A stretch of 24,000 nt of DNA from an uncultured Eubacteriales bacterium. GTDB lineage: Bacteria; Bacillota; Clostridia; Oscillospirales; Acutalibacteraceae. The notes below the pieces were generated by a model. It saw nothing but the letters and a program-made list of their open reading frames with translations, had not been told where the DNA came from and ran no database searches. Position 1 is the first letter of the stretch. Every line of letters starts with the position of its first letter. Shown piece after piece: positions 17,022-24,000 of the stretch. The stretch lies in NCBI GenBank assembly GCA_964615315.1, contig CAZTMZ010000003.1, positions 45,565 through 69,564 on the forward strand, given 5' to 3'. Position numbers and translations under genes: made by a program.

Positions 17022-17031
17022 ATAGTTCACC
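16980..17031 (+). repeat. IS left-end (LE) subterminal hairpin
   Basis: Outer 9-bp stem: ggtgaacta(16980-16988)/tagttcacc(17023-17031). Inner hairpin: ccacag(16989-16994)...taa...ctgtgg(17006-17011), with an inner GC stem ccg/cgg. It has the same architecture and the same CCACA/TGTGG core as the RE hairpin. Confidence 0.7.
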
Positions 17032-17268
17032 AGACTAAGTATTCAGAAACGAATACTACGATGATTACATTATGACACCCTTGGTTGACGCAACAGACCA
17101 CTGCTCTGTCGTATATCTTTAAGTTGGGTTGGAATAAGCAAAGCCCTGTGAGATATACATGTAAGTGTATTCATCATTGTCGAGTTGAGGACGGAACAAT
17201 TGTATGGTAACAGTACAATGTAGTACGCATTACCTGCCATTAGGCAGAGTATTTATAAGGAGAGGCTT
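17032..17268 (+). ncRNA. Candidate IscB omega-RNA scaffold (may extend 5' through the LE to about 16966)
   Basis: A long non-coding leader lies immediately 5' of iscB, which is the canonical omega-RNA location. Hairpins: agtattc-agaaac-gaatact (17038-17057), attgta-tggtaacag-tacaat, and ctgcc-atta-ggcag just before the RBS. No ORF is present. Confidence 0.5.
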
Positions 17269-18543
17269 ATGGTTTATGTAATTTCACAAGATAACAAACC
17301 ACTAATGCCTTGTAGTAATGCGATAGCAAGATTGTTATTAAAACAAGATAAGGCAAAAGTTAAGAAACGCAAGCCATTTACAATTAAATTGACTTATGAA
17401 ACAACAAATTATACACAAGAACTAACTTTAGGTGTTGATACTGGAAGTGGAACAATTGGCACTGCCGTTAGTAAAGATAATGGAGACATTGTTTACATGT
17501 CGGAGGTTATTGTCAGAAATGATATTACTGATAAGATGACACAAAGAGCAAAGTATCGTAGAAACAGACGAAATCGTAAAACTCGATATAGAAAGGCAAG
17601 ATGGTTAAATCGTGCCAATTCTATTAAAAATGACAGATTCAGTCCTACAATGCAAAGTAAACTTCATAGTCATGTAAAGGAAATAGAGTATATTAAATCC
17701 ATTCTTCCGATTACAAAAATGGTATTTGAAACTGGTCAGTTTGACACTCACCTTATGAAGAATCCATGTCTTGCAAATCCTAATGTAAGACATTGGGGAT
17801 ATCAAAAAGGTACAAATTATGGATTTGAAAACACAAAAACGATGGTTCTTAATCGAGACAATTATACTTGTCAACATTGCAAAGGCAAACACAAAGACAG
17901 TAAATTAGAAGTTCATCATATCGTATTTCGTAGTCAAGGTGGTTCAGATGAAGAAAGCAATTTAATCACACTTTGTCATACTTGTCATAAGAATTTACAT
18001 GACAGAAAAATTAAATTAAATCTTAAAGGCAAAACGAAAGGCACACTTAAATATGCCACACAAATGAATTCTATTAGAAAACAACTTTTCAGATTATATC
18101 CTGATGCGATTGAAACATTTGGATATGTAACAAAAACAAATCGTTTACAGTTAGGTGTAGATAAAGAACACTATTATGATGCTTGTACTATTGCGGCACA
18201 AGGGAATAGCTTTACTGTGAAAAGCAATCTCTATAAGAAAAAGTCTATTCCTGATGGTGATTTTCAGAAAACAAAAGGCATTCGTTCCGAGCAACCTATT
18301 ACAACTGGAAAGATTTGTGGATTCAGAAAGTTTGATAAGGTTCGCTACTTTGGAAATGATTATTTTATTAAAGGAAGAATGTCAATTGGATATGCAATTC
18401 TTATGGATATAGATGGTAACAAAATTGATTTTTCAGCAATGCCTAAAGGTTACAAAACACCAAAGATGGTAAATCTAAAAAGATTGGAGGCTCGGTCAAC
18501 ATGGATGATTACAACCGTGGTGGTCACTCCAAATACAGCATGA
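17269..18543 (+). CDS. iscB: IscB RNA-guided nuclease (424 aa; Cas9-ancestor type, RuvC with inserted HNH)
   Basis: PLMP motif at residues 11-14 (QDNKPLMPCS). RuvC-I LGVDTGSGTIG (D57). Arg-rich bridge helix KYRRNRRNRKTRYRKARW. RuvC-II MVFETGQFD. HNH CQHCKGK..LEVHHIVFRSQGGSDEESNLITLCHTCHKNLH. RuvC-III EHYYDACTIA. A C-terminal domain of about 100 aa follows. Confidence 0.92.
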   Translation: MVYVISQDNKPLMPCSNAIARLLLKQDKAKVKKRKPFTIKLTYETTNYTQELTLGVDTGSGTIGTAVSKDNGDIVYMSEVIVRNDITDKMTQRAKYRRNRRNRKTRYRKARWLNRANSIKNDRFSPTMQSKLHSHVKEIEYIKSILPITKMVFETGQFDTHLMKNPCLANPNVRHWGYQKGTNYGFENTKTMVLNRDNYTCQHCKGKHKDSKLEVHHIVFRSQGGSDEESNLITLCHTCHKNLHDRKIKLNLKGKTKGTLKYATQMNSIRKQLFRLYPDAIETFGYVTKTNRLQLGVDKEHYYDACTIAAQGNSFTVKSNLYKKKSIPDGDFQKTKGIRSEQPITTGKICGFRKFDKVRYFGNDYFIKGRMSIGYAILMDIDGNKIDFSAMPKGYKTPKMVNLKRLEARSTWMITTVVVTPNTA

Positions 18544-18905
18544 AAGTGCATCTGATATTTGTAACCAAATATCGCAAGAAAATATTCAAATCAGATAAGC
18601 GAGCAGATGATGTCAAACAGTCTTTGTATGACACAGTTAAGAAATATGGCTACAAAATCATACAAATGGAAACTAACAAAGACCATGTACATATATTACT
18701 TGAGTATAGTCCAAAGGTGTCTGTTGCAGACATTGTAAAACAACTCAAGCAGTATAGTACATACCAGATGTGGAAATATCATGAAGAATATCTATCCAAA
18801 CAGTATTGGAAACACAAAATACTTTGGTTTGACGGATATTTTGCTTGCAGTATAGGGCAAGTTTCTCAAGAAATTATTGAGAAGTGTATTCAAAACCAAG
18901 GTTAA
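18501..18905 (+). CDS. tnpA: IS200/IS605 Y1 (HUH) transposase TnpA, with Cys at the catalytic Tyr position
   Basis: RBS ggagg lies 10 nt before the ATG. The gene overlaps the iscB 3' end by 43 nt. Motifs: VHLIFVTKYRKK, and HUH in NKDHVHILLEY. The C-terminal helix ...SQEIIEKCIQNQG aligns to IS608 TnpA ...LNVVKQYIENQ, where Y127 is the nucleophile. Here the codon is TGT. Confidence 0.9.
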   Translation: MDDYNRGGHSKYSMKVHLIFVTKYRKKIFKSDKRADDVKQSLYDTVKKYGYKIIQMETNKDHVHILLEYSPKVSVADIVKQLKQYSTYQMWKYHEEYLSKQYWKHKILWFDGYFACSIGQVSQEIIEKCIQNQG

Positions 18906-18915
18906 AAATAACGAA

Positions 18916-18957
18916 CGCCGTGTATCCACACGCCTAAAGGCATGTGGTTTTACGGCG
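18916..18957 (+). repeat. IS right-end (RE) subterminal hairpin
   Basis: Outer stem: cgccgt(18916-18921)/acggcg(18952-18957). Inner hairpin: ccaca(18926-18930)...taaa...tgtgg(18943-18947), with an inner GC stem gcc/ggc. Confidence 0.7.
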
Positions 18958-19021
18958 GATAACTTATAAATAATCTACAATGTAAAACATGTTTGATTAG
19001 TAATGGAGGTTGAAAAAAGAT

Positions 19022-20434
19022 ATGCCTAATGAATATTTTAGCCCAACATATTCAACTGACCATATTTGGAGAGAACAAGATATGGAGCGGTGTTTATCTG
19101 ATGACTTAAATAATATTGAATCGAATATTACCACGTTACAGACTGGCAAGGCAGCAGCGGATCATACTCATACGGCTTCAGCCGTTGGTGCGTTACCTTA
19201 TATTGATGCAAGAAGTGCGGACTATAATATGGATACAATTTTGACTAGTGGGGTACACTATAATACATATCGCTTTAATAACACTACACTTGGTACGCCA
19301 TATGCAAAGGGAGCGTCAACGTTATCTAGTGGTTTAATTATTAGCTGCGCTTCTTCAACAACTAATGGCAAGCAAATTGCTTATGTTAACGGGTCTAGGT
19401 GCCATTTTGAACGCAGAATGTATAATGGTGTGATTGGCGATTGGGTGAATACTTACAACTCCGAGTATTTACCATCTTTAAGTATACTTGGGGCGGCTGC
19501 AGCAGAACATACTCACAATGTATTTAGTAGCCTGACTGAAATTGGTATTACCACATTTCCAACTACGATGCAGGCAGTATCTGAAGCAATGCCTATAAAT
19601 AGTATGATTATTATGGACACAAGAAGGATTAATGGCGCTGGCACAACTTATGGCACAGAGACTATTTCTGATTGGGGAAGTGCAATTAATGGTACTGCTA
19701 TCATTATCAAGGGTGTTACAACTGCTCGTATTACTATGATGATTTTGTATGGCACAACAGCATCAACTACTACTGGATTTTATTATGGAAATTATGCCCA
19801 CGATTCAAACGTTGTAAATTGGGATAGTTTAAATAGTCAACTTAATGATAAGGTTGATAAAATTAGTACAAAGGGATCCGTAGATTTAAATACTGTCACT
19901 GAAACCGGACTATATTATGTTACTTCTGGCGGATCTTCCAGCAATCATTTTCCGATTGGCACCAACGGACATCTGCTAGTTATGTCTGATGGCGCCCGTG
20001 TGAGACAACTGTTCTTTAGAGTTGGCACTGTAGACACTAATAGTTATCAATGGTATTCTCGTAGCCTTGGTTCTGATACCACTGCGGGTGTTGATGGTAA
20101 CGGCTGGAGCCAGTGGTGGCTACTATCTGGCTATGAAAAGGTTTGGAATGGTGGTACAGTGTTAAATTCTGAAATCAATATTGGTAGCAGATATGGTTGC
20201 ACTTCTTGGGTAGTTGTTGCTCGTCTACAGAACACTGGTGCTTTGGCGTCAGTTGTAATTCCTCGTGCTTTCTTAGTGTCTGATACAACTACGTATAGAT
20301 TCCAAATTGCTGATGAGACGGCTTATATCAGTTTTTATATCTATTACAAGAGTGACAATGACGTTTATTTAAAGGTTGTAGATCAAACTGATAGCATTTA
20401 TACTACGTTAAAATATGTTTATCGAATGAGCTAA
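19022..20434 (+). CDS. Tail-fibre / receptor-binding protein (470 aa)
   Basis: ATG 19022 lies 12 nt after ggagg; the track's TTG at 19010 abuts the RBS. It has HxH fibre motifs (AADHTHTASAVGALP, AAEHTHNVFSS) and a unique beta-rich C-terminal domain. Confidence 0.65.
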   Translation: MPNEYFSPTYSTDHIWREQDMERCLSDDLNNIESNITTLQTGKAAADHTHTASAVGALPYIDARSADYNMDTILTSGVHYNTYRFNNTTLGTPYAKGASTLSSGLIISCASSTTNGKQIAYVNGSRCHFERRMYNGVIGDWVNTYNSEYLPSLSILGAAAAEHTHNVFSSLTEIGITTFPTTMQAVSEAMPINSMIIMDTRRINGAGTTYGTETISDWGSAINGTAIIIKGVTTARITMMILYGTTASTTTGFYYGNYAHDSNVVNWDSLNSQLNDKVDKISTKGSVDLNTVTETGLYYVTSGGSSSNHFPIGTNGHLLVMSDGARVRQLFFRVGTVDTNSYQWYSRSLGSDTTAGVDGNGWSQWWLLSGYEKVWNGGTVLNSEINIGSRYGCTSWVVVARLQNTGALASVVIPRAFLVSDTTTYRFQIADETAYISFYIYYKSDNDVYLKVVDQTDSIYTTLKYVYRMS

Positions 20435-20448
20435 AGGAGGCAGATGAT

Positions 20449-20826
20449 ATGATTCAGGTTGTTTTGAATGAACAGGGGTTTGTAAAAGCTTATGCTTTAG
20501 TTGGTAGATTTGCCGCAGATGCAGTCGAGGTGAATGAGCCAAACAATATAGCTGATTTTGAAGAACACTATCGAAGCTATTATCTGTCTGAGAGTGGTGC
20601 CCTCGTCAAGAGCGAAGACAAACAATTAGAAATCGAAGAGGAATGTGTGTTGTATGAGCTTCGTCAAAAACGCGAGAAGCTCTGCTTTCCTTATATAAAT
20701 CGCGGAGAACTTTGGTATAACACGTTATCCAATGCGCAAAAAACAGAATTAAATACATGGTATTTGGCATGGCTAGATGTAACTAAAACTAAAATTATTC
20801 CTACTATGCCTGAATGGTTAACTTAA
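20449..20826 (+). CDS. Putative tail-fibre assembly chaperone
   Basis: RBS aaggagg is present. It is a small acidic protein directly after a fibre gene. The C-terminus QKTELNTWYLAWLDVTKTKIIPTMPEWL resembles the Tfa-type ...W..YR..L..VD......P..P motif. Confidence 0.4.
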   Translation: MIQVVLNEQGFVKAYALVGRFAADAVEVNEPNNIADFEEHYRSYYLSESGALVKSEDKQLEIEEECVLYELRQKREKLCFPYINRGELWYNTLSNAQKTELNTWYLAWLDVTKTKIIPTMPEWLT

Positions 20827-20834
20827 TTTTTAAA

Positions 20835-20868
20835 GGGCGGCTCTGAAATGACGAGCCGTCCTTTCTCT
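20835..20868 (+). terminator. Rho-independent terminator
   Basis: Stem gggcggctc(20835-20843)/gagccgtcc(20853-20861) with one G-U pair, followed by tttctct. Confidence 0.6.
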
Positions 20869-20908
20869 ACAAATTTGAAAACGATTAATTTGAAAGGAGA
20901 AATTTTAA

Positions 20909-23900
20909 ATGGCTAACAGAACTATTAATGGGCGAATTGTTAACAAACACGATACTGAAGCGAATTGGTCAAAATCCAGTTTTGTACCTTTAAAGGGAGA
21001 GATTGTGGTTTTCGACATAGATAATACGTATAGTTATGAACGATTCAAAATAGGCGATGGCATAACATCTGTTAATAATCTGCCATTTGTTGGTGCAGAT
21101 AAAGTAGACAAAGTAAGTGGCAAGCAGTTGTCTACTAACGACTATACGACGGCAGAAAAGAACAAGCTTGCTGGAATTGCCGAAGGGGCAAATAAGACTG
21201 TTGTTGATAGCGCCCTGTCTTCTTCTAGCACTAATCCAGTACAGAATAAAGTTGTTAGTGCGGCTATTTCAAATTTAAACACCTTGGTTGGGGACACTTC
21301 AGTTAGTGAACAAATTACAACGGCAGTCTCTACCAAGGCGGATGCGTCCCATATGCACGATAATAGATATTATACTGAAACTGAGATCGATAGCAAGTTG
21401 AGTGGTAAGTCTGATACTTCTCATACTCATAGCTCTTATGTCAATCAAAATGCTTTTTCAAATATTAAAGTTGGGAATACAACTGTAGCTGCCGACACGG
21501 CTACGGACACAGTAACTTTGGTAGCTGGGAATAACGTGACGCTTACTCCAGATGCTACAAACGATCAAATCACTATTGCGGCGACCGACACAGTGTATAC
21601 GCATCCATCTTCTGGTGTGACTGCTGGTACATATAAGAGTGTAACTGTTAATGCACAAGGACATGTGACTGCAGGTTCTAATCCAACTACTTTGAGTGGT
21701 TATGGTATTACAGATGCTGCTGCAAAGTCACATAGCCATAATAATGCAACTACATCTGCTGCAGGATTCATGTCTGCTACTGACAAGTCTACTTTGGATA
21801 ATCTTTCTGGTTTGGTGGGTGATACTTCCGTATCCGCTCAGATTGCCGAAGCTATTGCAGATAAGGTGGATAAGGTGAGTGGTAAACAGTTGTCTACGAA
21901 TGATTATACCACTACTGAAAAAAATAAACTTGCAAATATTGCATCTGGTGCAGAAGTGAACCAGAATGCATTTTCAAATATTGCGGTTGGAACCACGACT
22001 ATTGCGGCTGATACAAAAACAGATACGTTAACAATCGCGGCTGGAAACAATGTAACTATTACACCAGACGCAACCAATGACAAGATTACTATAGCGGCTA
22101 CGGATACGGTATATACCCATCCAACATATACTTCTAAGAGCTCTGGGCTATACAAAGTAACCGTTGATGGCACTGGACACGTAAGTGGTGCAACTGCGGT
22201 TGCCAAATCTGATATTACAGCACTTGGTATTCCTGCGCAGGATACTACTTATAGCGCTGCGACAACTAGCACGGCTGGCCTTATGAGTGCATCTGATAAA
22301 TCCAAGCTAGATGGTATCGCTACTGGCGCAAATAAAACAACCGTAGATAGTTCGTTAAGTTCTACTTCTACAAATCCAGTTCAAAACAAGGTAGTAAATG
22401 CTGCAATCTCTAATTTAAACACTCTTGTCGGCGATACGGCGGTGTCTGAACAGATAGCTGACGCTGTAGATGATTGTATTACTGGTTTATCTGTCTCTGG
22501 TAAGGTGGTTACTTATACTAAAGGAGATGGCTCTACAGGAACTATTACTACACAAGATACAAATACCACATATTCCGCTGCAACAACTTCTGCGGCGGGT
22601 CTAATGTCGGCATCCGATAAATCTAAACTTGATGGCATTACAGCAAGTGCAGATGCTGTATCTTTCTCACGTTCATTAACAAGTGGTACAAAAGTTGGCA
22701 CTATTACTATTAATGGCACTGGAACTGATTTGTATGCTCCAACAAATACTGATACACATTATACAAGTAAGAATGTTGTTGGCTCTTCTACTGCAACTAG
22801 CAACACAACTTCTGCCTTGACAAATGGTAATGTCTATTTAAATAGTGTTGAAAATGGCGTTGTAACATCTGCGCATAAAATTAGTGGTTCAGGTGCAACT
22901 ACTGTTACTACTGACACAAGTGGCAATATTGTTGTTAGCTCTAACAACACGACTTATTCTGCTGCTACTACAAGCGCCGCAGGTCTAATGTCAGCGTCTG
23001 ATAAGACGACTTTAAGCAATCTGAGTGCTTTAGTTGGAGATACTGCGGTTAGCACTCAGATCTCTAATGCAACGTCTGGTTCGATGAGTGGTAATGCGGC
23101 CACTGCTACAAAGGTAAATAACAGTCTTGCTATTAAACTAAACAGCGGCACCACGGAAGGAACAAACTTATTTACATTCAACGGTTCTGCTGCAAAAACT
23201 ATAAATATTACTCCTTCTGCTATTGGCGCTGCGGCTTCTTCTCACGGAACACACGTATCTTATGGTACTTCTGCTGCTGCGCTTGGCACGTCTTCTGCTG
23301 GCTCGGCCTCTACCGTTTCTCGCAGCGACCACGTTCACGCACTTCCTGCTTTAACAAGTTGTACTGGAACTCTTAGTGTAGCAAAGGGCGGAACTGGTTC
23401 TACAACCGCAAGTGAAGCATTGACTAATTTGGGCGCAGTGGCAAAAAGTGGAGATACGATGACTGGTTCTTTAAGGGTGGGTACAAGTTCTACCACATCA
23501 GAGATGGATGTTCATGCTATAGCTGCTTCTGGCTCTATTTATCTTTATGCTGGTGGCTCAAGCAGTAGTAATAGAGGTATTTATACTTACAGCTCTAGTG
23601 GAACAGAGGCGGCCGTCATTACAATTAATCCATCAAACGTTATGACTTTCCATGGTACTGCCGCAAGTGCCAATTCTGTAGCATGGACGAATGTTTCAGG
23701 AAGGCCCTCCGCTCTTGCTAATCCAAACGCTCTAACCATTTCTCTAAATGGCACTTCCCAAGGAGCATACGATGGTAGCTCTGCTAAATCTATTAATATC
23801 ACTCCCTCCTCAATTGGTGCCGCCGCTAGTTCTCACACCCATAGTTATTTACCTTTAAGCGGTGGAACACTTTCTGGAAGTTTACTAATTGGCAATTCAG

Positions 23901-24000
23901 GTAGCTCCGCAACTACCGTAACTGACGCGGGCTTAGAAATTCGTGACTTACGCAATTGCACGATTATTCCCTCTACATTCAATCGGGTAATGACCCCTTA
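20909..24000 (+). CDS. Large tail-fibre protein, 3'-truncated by the window end (more than 1030 aa visible)
   Basis: It is absent from the track because there is no stop in the window. I read the frame through to 24000 and found no stop. RBS aaaggaga lies 8 nt upstream. The N-terminus reads DTEANWSKSSFVPLKGEIVVFD...FKIGDGITSVNNLPF. Repeated motifs include KQLSTNDYTT.EKNKL (x2), AGLMSASDKSKLDGI (x3 variants) and STNPVQNKVV.AAISNLNTLVGDT (x2), plus LSVAKGGTGSTTASEALTNLGAV. Confidence 0.85.
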   Translation, partial: MANRTINGRIVNKHDTEANWSKSSFVPLKGEIVVFDIDNTYSYERFKIGDGITSVNNLPFVGADKVDKVSGKQLSTNDYTTAEKNKLAGIAEGANKTVVDSALSSSSTNPVQNKVVSAAISNLNTLVGDTSVSEQITTAVSTKADASHMHDNRYYTETEIDSKLSGKSDTSHTHSSYVNQNAFSNIKVGNTTVAADTATDTVTLVAGNNVTLTPDATNDQITIAATDTVYTHPSSGVTAGTYKSVTVNAQGHVTAGSNPTTLSGYGITDAAAKSHSHNNATTSAAGFMSATDKSTLDNLSGLVGDTSVSAQIAEAIADKVDKVSGKQLSTNDYTTTEKNKLANIASGAEVNQNAFSNIAVGTTTIAADTKTDTLTIAAGNNVTITPDATNDKITIAATDTVYTHPTYTSKSSGLYKVTVDGTGHVSGATAVAKSDITALGIPAQDTTYSAATTSTAGLMSASDKSKLDGIATGANKTTVDSSLSSTSTNPVQNKVVNAAISNLNTLVGDTAVSEQIADAVDDCITGLSVSGKVVTYTKGDGSTGTITTQDTNTTYSAATTSAAGLMSASDKSKLDGITASADAVSFSRSLTSGTKVGTITINGTGTDLYAPTNTDTHYTSKNVVGSSTATSNTTSALTNGNVYLNSVENGVVTSAHKISGSGATTVTTDTSGNIVVSSNNTTYSAATTSAAGLMSASDKTTLSNLSALVGDTAVSTQISNATSGSMSGNAATATKVNNSLAIKLNSGTTEGTNLFTFNGSAAKTINITPSAIGAAASSHGTHVSYGTSAAALGTSSAGSASTVSRSDHVHALPALTSCTGTLSVAKGGTGSTTASEALTNLGAVAKSGDTMTGSLRVGTSSTTSEMDVHAIAASGSIYLYAGGSSSSNRGIYTYSSSGTEAAVITINPSNVMTFHGTAASANSVAWTNVSGRPSALANPNALTISLNGTSQGAYDGSSAKSINITPSSIGAAASSHTHSYLPLSGGTLSGSLLIGNSGSSATTVTDAGLEIRDLRNCTIIPSTFNRVMTP

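Larger units (their letters stand above)
16966..18970 (+). mobile_element. IS200/IS605-family element encoding IscB + TnpA (OMEGA system); boundaries approximate
   Basis: Matching two-tier hairpins occur at both ends (16980-17031 and 18916-18957). Between them lie about 240-300 nt of non-coding leader, iscB, and an overlapping tnpA. A TTAC tetranucleotide at 16962-16965 is a possible left target/cleavage motif. The exact ends are not determinable by eye. Confidence 0.8.

Noticed and set aside
19010-19021. Track TTG start at 19010 for the fibre gene
   Set aside because: The TTG directly abuts the ggagg RBS, with no spacer. ATG 19022 has workable spacing.
21142-23802. Minus-strand and off-frame ORFs within the large fibre gene (21142..21336, 21458..21664, 21696..21878 +, 21904..22206, 22513..22719, 23587..23802)
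   Set aside because: All are nested in a continuous stop-free + strand frame of more than 3 kb with repeated fibre motifs.
20909-24000. Diversity-generating retroelement (TR/VR pair) or CRISPR-like repeats in the large fibre gene
   Set aside because: The repeated segments (for example 21458-21610 versus 21964-22115) differ at all four bases rather than at adenines only. They are in-frame protein repeats. No reverse transcriptase ORF is present. There is no regular repeat-spacer periodicity.
1-24000. Stop-codon reassignment (TAG/TGA recoding), as seen in some gut phages
   Set aside because: Every gene ends at a standard stop followed by an RBS-spaced start or a terminator. The only apparent premature stops coincide with intron or IS boundaries.

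Overview
The window reads as the late region (tail fibres plus lysis cassette) of a low-GC, Firmicutes/Clostridia-type tailed phage or prophage. All real genes are on the + strand. The region is heavily colonised by selfish genetic elements. (1) A complete IStron at 5888-7633 splits the endolysin gene exactly between its CHAP catalytic domain and its PG_binding_1 wall-binding domain. It consists of a group I self-splicing intron, a TnpB RNA-guided nuclease gene and a structured 3' omega-RNA region. (2) A homologous ORF-less group I intron of 370 nt (12251-12620) splits what is really one 1890-aa tail/receptor-binding protein; the ORF track shows it as two ORFs. (3) The 3' end of a second, divergent TnpB element (1-365) sits inside another tail-fibre gene, whose reading frame resumes immediately after it. 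(4) An IS200/IS605 element carrying IscB (a Cas9-ancestor OMEGA nuclease), a long upstream non-coding region (candidate omega-RNA) and a Y1 TnpA lies at about 16966-18970, bounded by matching two-tier hairpins. Its TnpA has Cys in place of the catalytic Tyr. (5) A free-standing gene resembling a homing endonuclease (8854-10275) lies just upstream of the intron-containing tail gene. The remaining content is ordinary: several paralogous tail-fibre genes, two holin-like genes, a chaperone-like gene and three or four intrinsic terminators. I saw no CRISPR array, tRNA or rRNA. IStrons and TnpB/IscB OMEGA systems are already described. What looks unusual here is their density and their placement inside essential phage late genes, a perfect consensus promoter embedded in the ribozyme, and the apparently crippled TnpA. 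All calls come from reading the sequence and recalling family motifs; no searches were run.
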